The notes under the pieces: model-generated
Database searches by the model: none
What the model saw: the letters and a program-made list of their open reading frames with translations, nothing else
Told to the model about the DNA's origin: nothing
Origin: a virus
Lineage: Duplodnaviria; Heunggongvirae; Uroviricota; Caudoviricetes
Virus record (IMG/VR): IMGVR_UViG_3300035703_000003
Reading direction: 5' to 3' (one strand)
Length of the DNA stretch: 64,000 nucleotides
In this document: piece by piece, positions 47,096 to 56,256 of the stretch
How positions within the stretch are numbered: the first letter of the stretch is position 1
How the letters are laid out: the number at the start of each line of letters is the position of its first letter
Program-made: the position numbers and the translations under genes

Positions 47096-47492
47096 CTTTT
47101 GCATTTAGTTCGCTTTCTGTTAACGGTGATCCTGACAGGATCTCAAAACATCTACCTGCGTTTACAGTGCCTCTATTAACTGCACGTTCGATTGATGTTG
47201 GTTTTTCTGCTGCTAATAGGCTTAAATCTATATCAGCAAGTTTATTAGCTAGTCTGCTATTTTCTCTACGGATATTTGCGTATTCTGTGTTTATACGATT
47301 AAGTTCGTTTTGTTGTGAAGCAAAATCTGCTTGCATTTGATCTATTGCTGCTTCGTTGGTTGCAACAGCAACTTCTAATTTAGCATTATTTTCTTGTAAT
47401 ATAGCCATACGTTGTTGTGTATCATTATAATACCAATAACCTATACCGCTCATTACCATAATAACTACTAAAAGAATACCTGCTAGTTTCAT
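47007..47492 (-). CDS. Inner-membrane spanin (Rz-like)
   Basis: N-terminal TM, long coiled coil, C-terminal Cys residues. Confidence 0.7.
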   Translation of the reverse strand: MKLAGILLVVIMVMSGIGYWYYNDTQQRMAILQENNAKLEVAVATNEAAIDQMQADFASQQNELNRINTEYANIRRENSRLANKLADIDLSLLAAEKPTSIERAVNRGTVNAGRCFEILSGSPLTESELNAKDGESFNKECPWLWPGPNTSGMQPTPTPSN

Positions 47493-47495
47493 GCT

Positions 47496-47714
47496 TTACT
47501 TGTATCTATATATGATACGTCCTCTACTTAAATCATATGGTGTCATCTCTACATCAACACGATCATGTTGCAGAATATTAATGTTGTGTTTTCGAATACG
47601 TCCGCTAATCGTAGCAGTAATAACCATATCGTTTTCTAATTTAACTTTAAAAATAGCATTAGGAAGACAATCAGTAACAACACCCGAAACTGTAATTACT
47701 TCTTCTTTAGACAT
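47496..47714 (-). CDS. infA: Translation initiation factor IF-1
   Basis: MSKEEVI...LPNA.F.V.LEN...ISGRIRK...[13 protein letters not shown]. Confidence 0.96.
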   Translation of the reverse strand: MSKEEVITVSGVVTDCLPNAIFKVKLENDMVITATISGRIRKHNINILQHDRVDVEMTPYDLSRGRIIYRYK

Positions 47715-48193
47715 TAGATTTTAACACCAGCTAAGAGCTTAATCCTGTTAATAGATTCATTTGTATCTTCTACTGTTTTATACTTTAACACATATTGTTC
47801 AGGACTGTCAACTATTGAATTGCGTAAATTATCCTCGTTTAACTCAAGTGCAGTTGCACCTTTATAGAAGTTAAAATGCCACTCTTTTATACCAGTGACG
47901 TTGTTTACAACTTTCATGATACCTAAAATATTTTCGTGCAGTTTGTTGTTACGTTCAAATTCAACAAACACCATATACTTGCCATCATCGTTTGGACCTT
48001 GACTAATATCTACGTCGAGGCTTTCAATAACATCGGTCTCAATCAAGTTGCTTAAATCTTTAGCAGGCTGTTCAGACATAACTTCAAACGCAACCACTAC
48101 AGTTTCGTTAGCTTCTCCAATTTTTGGTTTATACTGGTCAATACTAATAACAGGTGTTACTAAATTTTCCATTTCTCCATATTTAACTGTCAT
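47714..48193 (-). CDS. Conserved-type phage hypothetical protein
   Basis: TAATG coupling. Confidence 0.75.
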   Translation of the reverse strand: MTVKYGEMENLVTPVISIDQYKPKIGEANETVVVAFEVMSEQPAKDLSNLIETDVIESLDVDISQGPNDDGKYMVFVEFERNNKLHENILGIMKVVNNVTGIKEWHFNFYKGATALELNEDNLRNSIVDSPEQYVLKYKTVEDTNESINRIKLLAGVKI

Positions 48194-48732
48194 TATAGTT
48201 TATCCGTTACTTCTGCTTTGTCTGGAGTCACGTCAGACTGATAGTCGTCATCATACGCACCGTCGACGTCTCCTAAGTCAATTTCGGTTCCGTTAATAGT
48301 AACTTTACTACTTTCGAACTCATCGACGAAATCACGTGGCATTTCGATAGTTACGAGCCAAATATTAGTTTCTTTTTTCTTTGGTTTTCTTACACCGGTA
48401 CGGGGATCTGTATCTCCTAAGTCATCCGGAGTAACAATTTTTACAGGTTCAATTAGTTTATCTTTTTTATAATAAACTTTTGCACCATGCTTTGTTAAAC
48501 GCAATGCACCGTCTGGGTCTGGCATTAGCTTTTCTGGATACAGTAATGTAACAGTAATCCAATAACGTGATACGTCTGGTCCCGCTATAACTTCGCCATA
48601 TTCCCAGTTCTTATATGCATATAAATGCAAGTTGTCTAATACTTCTTCGAATTCAAGCAGGATGCTTAGATCACTGGATGAATCTACTAAGTTATCGAGT
48701 GTTTGTTTTAATTGTTCTAATTCTGTTGCCAT
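48193..48732 (-). CDS. Conserved-type phage hypothetical protein
   Basis: MPDPDGALRL motif; upstream TAAATA; start probably MATELEQ. Confidence 0.75.
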   Translation of the reverse strand: MATELEQLKQTLDNLVDSSSDLSILLEFEEVLDNLHLYAYKNWEYGEVIAGPDVSRYWITVTLLYPEKLMPDPDGALRLTKHGAKVYYKKDKLIEPVKIVTPDDLGDTDPRTGVRKPKKKETNIWLVTIEMPRDFVDEFESSKVTINGTEIDLGDVDGAYDDDYQSDVTPDKAEVTDKL

Positions 48733-48809
48733 CTTAATACTATTTAGCACCTTTCACGGTAAATACTTATGCGTAGATACATTGGGCTCACACAACAATG
48801 GAGTTCTAC

Positions 48810-49529
48810 ATGACAAAACAAAGAGCGAGAAAACAAAATCGGAGTTCGTTTAACGATATGGTAGTTGAATTACAAACATACCATAAAAAGAAAATTAAAA
48901 TTTTGCCACGTAATGTTCATCAAGAAGATTACATAGACTTACTCAATGATACTCAAAAATCGATAGTATTTGCAACTGGGCCAGCAGGAACAGGTAAAAC
49001 AATGCTGGCTGTGCAAATGGGTATTCAAAAGTTAGACGCAGGCGAAATTGACCGTATCGTTGTAACAAGACCCGCAGTTAGCGTTGACGAGCAACACGGT
49101 TTCTTACCAGGCGACCTAAACAAAAAAATGGAACCTTGGACTAGACCGATATTCGACTTCCTAGAAGAACATTACACACCAAAGCATGTGTTGCAAATGC
49201 TAGAGAATAAAGAAATTGAAATTTCACCTCTAGCATATATGCGTGGTAGAACTTTTAAGCGTTGTTGGATTGTTGCCGACGAAATGCAAAATGCTACACC
49301 TGAACAAATGAAAATGCTACTTACACGTATCGGTGAAGGTAGTAAAATAGTTGTTACCGGCGACTTAGCACAACATGACAGAGGATACGAAGCAAATGGT
49401 TTAAAAGACTTCACTGATAGACTCAACCCAAATCATACTAGAATCGGCCTAGTGCATTTTACAAAAAAGGATGTCGAAAGACATCCTGTTGTAGTTGATG
49501 TACTTAACATTTATAACGACGAAATTTAA
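48810..49529 (+). CDS. phoH: PhoH-like ATPase
   Basis: GPAGTGKT, RGRTF, DEMQN and GDLAQ motifs; GGAG RBS favours the start at 48810. Confidence 0.95.
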   Translation: MTKQRARKQNRSSFNDMVVELQTYHKKKIKILPRNVHQEDYIDLLNDTQKSIVFATGPAGTGKTMLAVQMGIQKLDAGEIDRIVVTRPAVSVDEQHGFLPGDLNKKMEPWTRPIFDFLEEHYTPKHVLQMLENKEIEISPLAYMRGRTFKRCWIVADEMQNATPEQMKMLLTRIGEGSKIVVTGDLAQHDRGYEANGLKDFTDRLNPNHTRIGLVHFTKKDVERHPVVVDVLNIYNDEI

Positions 49530-50092
49530 GAGATAGTATTAACGATCTGAGCCCAATTATCTACCATCTTAACACCGTCGTAAGCAAAGTTAGCATTGTG
49601 AGGATGCCGAACTAGCAAAGACTTCAAACCAAAGTCTGCGCCAAGTTTTGCGTTTTCTGGTTTATCTTCGATCCAAAACATTCCGCTGTCTTTGAACGGC
49701 AGTAGTGCTTCGTCTTTATCTGCACCAGTGTCGATGCAAGTTACAAAATCAAACACATCGCCAAATACTTCCCGCAAGTTCTGTTCACGCAACTTAGCTG
49801 CAAACGGATCGTTGCTCAAACTGGTAATAGCACCAAACCGGTAACCTTTGGAATAAAGCGCAAATACTCCGTCTACTGCATCTCGTAAAGGTTTCAAGCA
49901 ACAAATCCAAGCACTCTCGTTGAACTCTCGAATTAGTGCTTTAATATGCGCTTTCTCTTTGTTGTAAACAATATGCATGTCGTAGGTTGCGATATTGTTA
50001 CGTTCAAAGCCTTTTGCTTCCATCCAGTCGTGGAATGCATCTTCCCAATTGAGCAAGACTCCATCTACGTCTGTGAGGATTAGTTTATTCAT
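49526..50092 (-). CDS. HAD 5'(3')-deoxyribonucleotidase-like
   Basis: LTDVDGVL and WIEDKPEN motifs. Confidence 0.85.
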   Translation of the reverse strand: MNKLILTDVDGVLLNWEDAFHDWMEAKGFERNNIATYDMHIVYNKEKAHIKALIREFNESAWICCLKPLRDAVDGVFALYSKGYRFGAITSLSNDPFAAKLREQNLREVFGDVFDFVTCIDTGADKDEALLPFKDSGMFWIEDKPENAKLGADFGLKSLLVRHPHNANFAYDGVKMVDNWAQIVNTIS

Positions 50093-50119
50093 TGTTTTCT
50101 CTCTTTTGCTTACAGTATT

Positions 50120-50148
50120 AATATAGTGTGTCGAAAGCAGAAAGTCAA
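50120..50148 (-). promoter_or_regulatory. Sigma70-like early promoter
   Basis: TTGACT-N17-TATATT. Confidence 0.7.
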
Positions 50149-50354
50149 CCGATAACTTTCTGCTCCAACATCTTTTTACACTCGATAATCACCTTACGTT
50201 GGAATGGAGTATAATCCTTCCAACGCATTGCAAACGGTGTATCCATCTCGGTAAGTTCTTCTCCAAGAAAGCTAAGAAGATTAGCTAGTTGATCGTCCTT
50301 TACTTTGAACGTGAGGTCCATCATAAAACGACCGAGTGCAGGTGCAGTTACCAT
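50145..50354 (-). CDS. Hypothetical protein
   Basis: Coupled ORF. Confidence 0.6.
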   Translation of the reverse strand: MVTAPALGRFMMDLTFKVKDDQLANLLSFLGEELTEMDTPFAMRWKDYTPFQRKVIIECKKMLEQKVIG

Positions 50355-50635
50355 GTTTTAGGCTCCACTTTTTTCCATTTAAGATTGCGATCCATCGTGC
50401 CAACAAGTGCATGACGACCATTTTCGTCGATAGCATAAACCATTGCACTACGAATACGATTTGCTTCTTGCAGCACTACCTTACTATATTCTTGTGCTGC
50501 AGCTATGTCTTCGAACGACTGATAAACACGACTAGTAGTCCCGGGTTGAAACATAACAACGTTGTAAGCAACTGCTCTATTTCGAATGCCTTCTTCCCAC
50601 GCATCCATCGGCTTAAGTTCGCCTCGTTTAGCCAT
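50348..50635 (-). CDS. Hypothetical protein
   Basis: Start reassigned to MAKRGE (TAATG overlap). Confidence 0.7.
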   Translation of the reverse strand: MAKRGELKPMDAWEEGIRNRAVAYNVVMFQPGTTSRVYQSFEDIAAAQEYSKVVLQEANRIRSAMVYAIDENGRHALVGTMDRNLKWKKVEPKTW

Positions 50636-50769
50636 TATACATCTTCCTCGACGACACATCCAGGATAACGAGCTTCAACTTCTGCAGCACTTTTACCAAA
50701 CGCAAACCACGGATACCAACGATACACGTGGGGAGGATTCATTATCGGCGAAACAATAAAAGTCTTCAT
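50635..50769 (-). CDS. Small early protein (44 aa)
   Basis: Not in the track. MKTFIVSP..., GGAG RBS behind a promoter. Confidence 0.6.
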   Translation of the reverse strand: MKTFIVSPIMNPPHVYRWYPWFAFGKSAAEVEARYPGCVVEEDV

Positions 50770-50785
50770 TCGGCATCTCCATCGC

Positions 50786-50824
50786 TTACATATAATATAT
50801 AATGCAAGATGTCTTGGATGTCAA
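50786..50824 (-). promoter_or_regulatory. Early promoter with palindromic spacer box
   Basis: TTGACA-TCC-AAGACATCTT-GCAT-TATATA. Confidence 0.75.
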
Positions 50825-50832
50825 TACAAAAT

Positions 50833-51438
50833 TTAACCAAAACACGGATTTGAATAGAAATTTGCTAGAGAAATTAAGTTTTTCATTGTAGGTTTTGTAA
50901 TCCTGAATGCCCACACTTCTGTTAATTCCCGTCTTTCGAAGTATGCTCCGGTAGAATCGCCCATCTTTTCATATGATTTTGGTTTTGAAGCAATTTTGCT
51001 TAGTATATCTTGTCTTGCAATTTCATAATAATCTTCGAGTTTTGATTGAATAATCGAGTTTGATAAATCTACTGTATCGATGGATGAAATTTCAACATAC
51101 CTTTTTACATCATAACCGACAAGAATCATAAATTTGCATTTATCAGATATAGGTATATCTTTGTATGTTGTAGTTAAAATGTCTTTTGTAGTAGAGGTTC
51201 CGATTGTCCACGAAGAGTTTTTGGAGGAAATTTCATACGATTTAGTTTCCCAAGGCATAGTGAAGATATTCATGTCTGCCCCTTTCCCGTTTTGATAATT
51301 CAAACAGCCTTCATATTGATCATGAATCCAATTTCCGATAGCACCAGAATGTCCGCCGAGATATTCCTTCATTACATTAGGTGGTATAGGATCACCTACA
51401 CGTGGACCATAATTAAGATATATTGTATTCGATCTCAT
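50833..51438 (-). CDS. Hypothetical protein, possible PD-(D/E)xK nuclease
   Basis: GADM...WETKS pattern; weak support for function. Confidence 0.55.
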   Translation of the reverse strand: MRSNTIYLNYGPRVGDPIPPNVMKEYLGGHSGAIGNWIHDQYEGCLNYQNGKGADMNIFTMPWETKSYEISSKNSSWTIGTSTTKDILTTTYKDIPISDKCKFMILVGYDVKRYVEISSIDTVDLSNSIIQSKLEDYYEIARQDILSKIASKPKSYEKMGDSTGAYFERRELTEVWAFRITKPTMKNLISLANFYSNPCFG

Positions 51439-51459
51439 TCTACTCGTCCTGTTATACTA

Positions 51460-51642
51460 TTAAGAAGAAACTTTAAAGCAGCCAACTACTTTATACAGAT
51501 TACCATATTGTGCTTGCACTAGACCACGTGCTGTATAATCATCACGTGCATCAATATGAACATCTTCTTGTAGTGGACCCATGTTATTGACAGTAGTTTT
51601 TACTTGGTTATTTCGTAGGATAGTAACACGATATGTAGGCAT
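51460..51642 (-). CDS. Small hypothetical protein
   Basis: AGGAG RBS. Confidence 0.65.
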   Translation of the reverse strand: MPTYRVTILRNNQVKTTVNNMGPLQEDVHIDARDDYTARGLVQAQYGNLYKVVGCFKVSS

Positions 51643-51653
51643 AATTTTCTCCT

Positions 51654-51845
51654 TTATAGCCCTAACACTTTTCCGACACTTTCATCTAACCCTTTATACG
51701 GGTTTTTATGCAGGTGATCAGCGACCTGTTCAAAGTAAAATGCAGCATCGTCTTCGCCTGCATCACGTAGCTTGTTAGCAGAAGATTGCATGAACTCGAT
51801 AAGTTGTTTAATGCTTACACGACCATCGGTAGGTTTATTCATCAT
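51654..51845 (-). CDS. Small hypothetical protein
   Basis: AAGGA RBS before MMNKP. Confidence 0.6.
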   Translation of the reverse strand: MMNKPTDGRVSIKQLIEFMQSSANKLRDAGEDDAAFYFEQVADHLHKNPYKGLDESVGKVLGL

Positions 51846-51990
51846 TGATATCCTTTTTAGAAAAATGTTGAGCCCATTCGAGCAAATCATCAAACCATGG
51901 ATGATTGTAGTTATTGAGAATATCTACAATTTCTTCCATTGTCAAGTTTTTAAATTGCTTTGGTTTTTTCGTTTCGATCACTGTTGTCAC
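51835..51990 (-). CDS. Small hypothetical protein (51 aa)
   Basis: Not in the track. GTG start overlapping the upstream TGA; fills the gap. Confidence 0.5.
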   Translation of the reverse strand: MTTVIETKKPKQFKNLTMEEIVDILNNYNHPWFDDLLEWAQHFSKKDINDE

Positions 51991-52235
51991 TTCTGCCCCC
52001 TAAGTTTACTTACAATTTTACGCTCACGAACTTCTTCTTCGTGCTGTTTTACAAATTCTTCTTCGCCTGCATATGTGCTGCACTTGTCGAGTTGCTCTTG
52101 CACAAACCACAATAGTTCATACAAGTCCTGTTTACAACCCCATGTTACAAATCCATCCATTCTGGGATCTGTAGCGGCCCAGGTTATTCTGGATATTTCT
52201 TGTTTGATATCCGACTTAGACCAATCGATTATCAT
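51987..52235 (-). CDS. Hypothetical protein
   Basis: DGFVTWGCKQDLY; coupled ORF. Confidence 0.7.
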   Translation of the reverse strand: MIIDWSKSDIKQEISRITWAATDPRMDGFVTWGCKQDLYELLWFVQEQLDKCSTYAGEEEFVKQHEEEVRERKIVSKLRGQK

Positions 52236-52519
52236 TATTCTTTCCAGCTAGATAGCCGTTCGATGACCTTTTTTTCTTGTTGAATTTCTACGTGTGCTTT
52301 GTCTTTGGCTGACGACCACATCAATGAACCGAACAGATATGTGATAAACCCTAGTGCTACAATAGCAAACTCACTACCTTCCATAAAGCCGAAATATTTA
52401 ACAACATGACCGAGAACGTAAACTATCACCGCAGTTGTAGTTGCAAACGCAAGACCTTTGCCTACGTTAATAGAAAAATGCTTGATGGTTAGTTTTTGTA
52501 CTTCTGTTAAGTTACGCAT
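52235..52519 (-). CDS. Membrane protein (2 TM)
   Basis: GGAGG RBS before MRNLTE. Confidence 0.65.
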   Translation of the reverse strand: MRNLTEVQKLTIKHFSINVGKGLAFATTTAVIVYVLGHVVKYFGFMEGSEFAIVALGFITYLFGSLMWSSAKDKAHVEIQQEKKVIERLSSWKE

Positions 52520-52688
52520 GTGCAGGTTCCTCCATTTCAGAATAAAGTTTATCCATTTCAGATTCATACTCGTTGATCTGATTTAGTAATGCCCGACGGC
52601 GAGTTCGGATCAGTTTGCGTTGAACGTTAGGATCAAGTTCTCCTAGTAGGGCTTCTAGGAAATCAACTTCTTCATACATTTCGATCAT
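52512..52688 (-). CDS. Small hypothetical protein
   Basis: ATGA coupling. Confidence 0.55.
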   Translation of the reverse strand: MIEMYEEVDFLEALLGELDPNVQRKLIRTRRRALLNQINEYESEMDKLYSEMEEPAHA

Positions 52689-52867
52689 TCGAGTGACTCC
52701 GTGCAATCACAGTCGCCGACCCACTCCATCCAAATTGTATCGTAAGCAACGTCTTTTTGAGCTAGCCAATGACCTACCCATTCCGGGTTCATTCGAGCAG
52801 TAACAGCTACTACAAGAACATACATCACTAACAAAAAGATTGCAAAGTCACGCATATTGCGGATCAT
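52685..52867 (-). CDS. Small membrane-anchored protein
   Basis: GAGG RBS; N-terminal TM. Confidence 0.55.
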   Translation of the reverse strand: MIRNMRDFAIFLLVMYVLVVAVTARMNPEWVGHWLAQKDVAYDTIWMEWVGDCDCTESLE

Positions 52868-52972
52868 GATATACCTCAGAACAAAAGATAAATGATTGCG
52901 AAGGCAGTAAGACAGTTTAGTATACCGCTAAGGGGTTCGATAACCAAACTGTTAAGCAGTTTCTTTTTCATG

Positions 52973-53122
52973 TTAGCCTGCCATTTCCAAGGTTTCTTCA
53001 CGGATAGTCAATGTTTTGCCGGTCATTTCTTCCAGCACCATCCACAGTTCAGCAGCATTACCAAAGTCAGGCTCTTCGCCATACACTTTATCAGTCTCGT
53101 CGACAATCACAAAGTTGGTCAT
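52973..53122 (-). CDS. Small acidic protein (49 aa)
   Basis: Not in the track. MTNFVIVDE..., GGAG RBS behind a TTGACA promoter. Confidence 0.55.
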   Translation of the reverse strand: MTNFVIVDETDKVYGEEPDFGNAAELWMVLEEMTGKTLTIREETLEMAG

Positions 53123-53185
53123 CAGTGTTCTCCGTCGTTTCCTACAGTATTTTTATAGCATAGCACAACTATACTGTCAACACTT

Positions 53186-53554
53186 TTATTTCACTACAAT
53201 CCGAATGTTTCCGCTGTTAACGTTATATTCTGCAGCAAAGCCAAGTTCTTCCATGGCGTTCAAAACATCGACCGATTTCACATAACGATTGGGCATGAAC
53301 TTGAACACTGTAACATCAGTGAACACACCCTTGCTTTTCTGATCCCGGGCAGTTTCAAAAATCTTTTCGTAAAAGCTAGTGTTATTCACACGAAGCATTG
53401 ACCGCAGTGTGGACACTGCAGTTTCAACTTTGGAGCGGTGCGACTGGCTTTCAAAAAAGTGACTGTTTGCATTATACGCTGCACGGGCCCGAAGCTCTGC
53501 ATCGACTGCAAAAAACTTGGCTTGCTTTTCGTCTTTGGCTGATTTCTGAAACAT
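53186..53554 (-). CDS. Early hypothetical protein
   Basis: GGAG RBS; own promoter. Confidence 0.75.
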   Translation of the reverse strand: MFQKSAKDEKQAKFFAVDAELRARAAYNANSHFFESQSHRSKVETAVSTLRSMLRVNNTSFYEKIFETARDQKSKGVFTDVTVFKFMPNRYVKSVDVLNAMEELGFAAEYNVNSGNIRIVVK

Positions 53555-53570
53555 AGTGTTTTCTCCGCTG

Positions 53571-53610
53571 TCTACATATACAATATAGTGTAAGAGCTCT
53601 TGGATGTCAA
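53571..53610 (-). promoter_or_regulatory. Early promoter with palindromic spacer box
   Basis: TTGACA-TCC-AAGAGCTCTT-ACAC-TATATT. Confidence 0.8.
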
Positions 53611-53618
53611 CCTATTTT

Positions 53619-53804
53619 TTACTCTTCGCCTTCTGCAATTTCTGCTAGCATTTCTTTAACATCGTAGCCATACGCTTGAATTGCAGCAACAATCTCTTTT
53701 GCACTTGCGTATGCGTCCCAGCTTTGCACGTCGTCTTCATCACTGTCGTCGTATGCGTTAGCAGCAATGTCGGTAATGTTAGCAAACAGTTCTTCCAGTG
53801 TCAT
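53619..53804 (-). CDS. Small, very acidic early protein
   Basis: Own promoter and AGGA RBS; D/E-rich. Confidence 0.7.
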   Translation of the reverse strand: MTLEELFANITDIAANAYDDSDEDDVQSWDAYASAKEIVAAIQAYGYDVKEMLAEIAEGEE

Positions 53805-53820
53805 TGTATCTTTCCTTTTT

Positions 53821-53860
53821 CTTACATATACAATATAGTGTAAGAGTTCTTGGATGTCAA
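53821..53860 (-). promoter_or_regulatory. Early promoter with palindromic spacer box (near-identical to 53571-53610)
   Basis: TTGACA-TCC-AAGAACTCTT-ACAC-TATATT. Confidence 0.8.
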
Positions 53861-53871
53861 TAGTCGATTAT

Positions 53872-53901
53872 AAAAAAAGTTGCCCCGAAGGGCAACTTTT
53901 T
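53872..53901 (-). terminator. Intrinsic terminator with UUCG tetraloop
   Basis: AAAAGTTGCCC-TTCG-GGGCAACTTTTTTT. Confidence 0.9.
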
Positions 53902-54505
53902 AATCATTGCTAGCTACAACAATTTCCTCGTTGTAAAAAACGTGATTATCAATTTGGACTACTCGGTTGAATTTTTTCCTCCAACCTGGTTTTGAATAGT
54001 CTGCGTGGAAGTAAGTTGATCCTTCTGTAGGATCTAACTCTGTGTGGTAGTTTTTGAGAACGTAAGTAGCAATATCCTTTGCCTTTTCCCACGCTTCCTT
54101 ATCTTTAGGTTTATCGCTCTTGCCATCATTGGTCCAGCTGAATTGACCTGATTGCCAAACAACATTACAAATAGTGTTTGGAAATTCGATGCTGAAAACT
54201 CTATTCATTGTGACCCAAGCAACGGCCTCTTGACCGATGGCACTTTCGCCTCTAGACTCAAAATAAATGTTTTGTGCTAGACAATAGAACTCGTTTTCAG
54301 ACGTTGTATCATATAGTGTAAGTATTGGTTTTTCTACTTCGATGTATTTCGGAACATACACTATCTGAATTGGTTGATACTGCGAGGCAATATCTTCTGG
54401 GGGTGCTGCAACAGCAGGACTCACCGAACCACTTAGGTATAAGCTAGTTGCTAACCCCAGTGCGATTCCAGTTGCAAATCCTCCCATTAATATAGACATC
54501 TTCAT
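53900..54505 (-). CDS. SleB-like cell wall hydrolase (Hydrolase_2)
   Basis: CLAQNIYFESRGE, NRV, QFSW and YFHA motifs; N-terminal TM/signal. Confidence 0.9.
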   Translation of the reverse strand: MKMSILMGGFATGIALGLATSLYLSGSVSPAVAAPPEDIASQYQPIQIVYVPKYIEVEKPILTLYDTTSENEFYCLAQNIYFESRGESAIGQEAVAWVTMNRVFSIEFPNTICNVVWQSGQFSWTNDGKSDKPKDKEAWEKAKDIATYVLKNYHTELDPTEGSTYFHADYSKPGWRKKFNRVVQIDNHVFYNEEIVVASND

Positions 54506-54560
54506 ACACTTCTCCTTTTCAGTAAGTTACTTATAGAATGTTGTGTGGTAGATGTCTACT

Positions 54561-54595
54561 AATAAAATAATCGTAAGCGGGTTTCCGCTTACGAT
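54561..54595 (-). terminator. Intrinsic terminator
   Basis: 11-bp stem ATCGTAAGCGG/CCGCTTACGAT, then a U-rich tail. Confidence 0.8.
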
Positions 54596-54603
54596 ACAGG
54601 GGA

Positions 54604-54888
54604 TCAAACAGCTTCTAGCATACCTGCAGGGACCTTATACGTAGTGGTCCCAAACATGCCGTGGTTAGCAACCTTAACGAGCACCGTTTTTTGGTTTACT
54701 TTGCTAACAGTGCCTTTGATAACAGCACCGCCCCGAGCAGTAAACTTAACAGTGTCGCCGATAACAAAGTTGCGAATGTTGCGGCGGCTCAGATAGGTCA
54801 TCTGTAGCTTGACAGCTTCGATAACTTGGTTGAGTTCGGTTTGCGTTTTAATGTGGCGGATCTGATCTACGAGAGTATTCACGCTCAT
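54604..54888 (-). CDS. SH3-like early protein
   Basis: IGDTVKF...GTVSKVNQKTV pattern. Confidence 0.7.
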   Translation of the reverse strand: MSVNTLVDQIRHIKTQTELNQVIEAVKLQMTYLSRRNIRNFVIGDTVKFTARGGAVIKGTVSKVNQKTVLVKVANHGMFGTTTYKVPAGMLEAV

Positions 54889-54917
54889 TGTACTTTCCTT
54901 TCAGTCGTTATGTTTGA

Positions 54918-55298
54918 TTAGCGCAGGTAGTGGGGACCGGTCCAGGCAATGCTGTAACCGTTAAACACGTTACCACGGGCGGCGGTCGACAATGAGGGGC
55001 TTGCCCAGCTAACAGCTTTAAGGATGTCACCTTGTTTAAACTTGGGACCGTTGTCTTTAACAATGAAGCCCCACACGCTGCCGTTCTGGACAATCTTGAT
55101 ATACTTTCTACCTTCCTCGACACGTAGGGTTTTTTCGAACCGCTCGATCATGTCTCGGTTGGTTTCGCTATATTCGGGACCATCTTCACGCTTGGCAGCA
55201 AGACCGCCGAACGAACGGTTCATCCAATCTCGGTAGTCAGTTTTGATAGCTTCGACAAGAACTTCGATAGCAACAGTCATATCAGTTAGTTTCATCAC
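54918..55298 (-). CDS. Conserved-type early phage protein
   Basis: GRKYIKIV...GDILKA...ARGNV; GAGGAG RBS. Confidence 0.75.
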   Translation of the reverse strand: MMKLTDMTVAIEVLVEAIKTDYRDWMNRSFGGLAAKREDGPEYSETNRDMIERFEKTLRVEEGRKYIKIVQNGSVWGFIVKDNGPKFKQGDILKAVSWASPSLSTAARGNVFNGYSIAWTGPHYLR

Positions 55299-55313
55299 AT
55301 CTCTCCTCTATCG

Positions 55314-55361
55314 TCTACATTATTAATATAAGATGTCTTGGTCAGAAGATCAAGAGTTATT
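55314..55361 (-). promoter_or_regulatory. Early promoter with palindromic box(es)
   Basis: TTGATC-N17-TATATT; AAGACATCTT abuts the -10 and a variant lies upstream of the -35. Confidence 0.65.
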
Positions 55362-55389
55362 TTGTCTTTTTTTGAAAAAAGATTTAAGT

Positions 55390-55713
55390 TTACTCTTCGA
55401 TATTTTCTGATCGAAATTCTCCGATCTCGATACGTTCGATCGAGTCTGGCGGATACCAAACGTTGTCGAGTTTGATACCGTTTTTAGCACGTTTTCTTAG
55501 CCACTCGTTAACATCGGAAGAGTCGTAACGATAGCTACCAAGTGAACCCATTCTAAAGTCGTCAAACTCGATGACCCGTTCAAACGGAGTTTCATTGCCT
55601 TTGATGTAAATTTTAAGTTCTTGGCTATGTCGCTGCAGAGGATTAGTCTCGTAACGCTTTTGTTCGTTGGTCCTTGGATCCCAGAGCCACTTTAGTGTAT
55701 CAACTAGTCCCAT
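55390..55713 (-). CDS. Hypothetical protein
   Basis: AAGGA RBS. Confidence 0.65.
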   Translation of the reverse strand: MGLVDTLKWLWDPRTNEQKRYETNPLQRHSQELKIYIKGNETPFERVIEFDDFRMGSLGSYRYDSSDVNEWLRKRAKNGIKLDNVWYPPDSIERIEIGEFRSENIEE

Positions 55714-55724
55714 TTTATATTTCC

Positions 55725-55946
55725 TTAGTTGTCAACTTTTTCAACAGTACCATCACATCGAACAAGCTCTATATACACAGCACCGCCGACGCTTTTACCA
55801 ATATAACGTCCTGCCCGTGGGGAAAACCCCAACCGTGCATAGTTTATTGCATGTGTTTTCGCATCTTTTTTGCTGCCAAATGTACGGTTCAAGTCTTCCT
55901 GTCCTGGCTTACATACACGATAAAATGAAATCTTTGCTTTTGACAT
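55725..55946 (-). CDS. Hypothetical basic protein
   Basis: Start probably MSKAK. Confidence 0.6.
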   Translation of the reverse strand: MSKAKISFYRVCKPGQEDLNRTFGSKKDAKTHAINYARLGFSPRAGRYIGKSVGGAVYIELVRCDGTVEKVDN

Positions 55947-55966
55947 TGTTAACCCTTCCCTCCTGA

Positions 55967-56242
55967 TTACGACCAATCCATATCAATTTCTTCAGTGTAG
56001 CCACCGCTGTTAACAACTTGACCACCAACGATCACCGAGTTGGGACCAGTGTAGCGCCAATACATTGAACTGCGAGTGGTAATTTTTTCTGCCCACCCGT
56101 AATCACGCAAGTCTCCAATGCAAACGGAATACGCAGATCCACTTGCATCAGTCAGTTCGACCGTAATACCGGCAGCAATCTTTGCAACTGCTTCGGTAAC
56201 CATTTCACGCTTTTCTTCACGAGTGGGCAGCTTTATCATCAT
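55967..56242 (-). CDS. Early hypothetical protein
   Basis: Directly behind a promoter. Confidence 0.65.
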   Translation of the reverse strand: MMIKLPTREEKREMVTEAVAKIAAGITVELTDASGSAYSVCIGDLRDYGWAEKITTRSSMYWRYTGPNSVIVGGQVVNSGGYTEEIDMDWS

Positions 56243-56256
56243 ATCTCTCTTCTTTG

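Noticed and set aside
43573-47714. Bacterial chromosomal origin suggested by clpA, dnaJ and infA
   Set aside because: They are interleaved with spanins, structural genes, T4-like late promoters and a gp43-like polymerase.
50833-51438. Firm call as a restriction endonuclease
   Set aside because: It has only a weak D...ExK pattern and no cognate methyltransferase nearby, so it was left as hypothetical.
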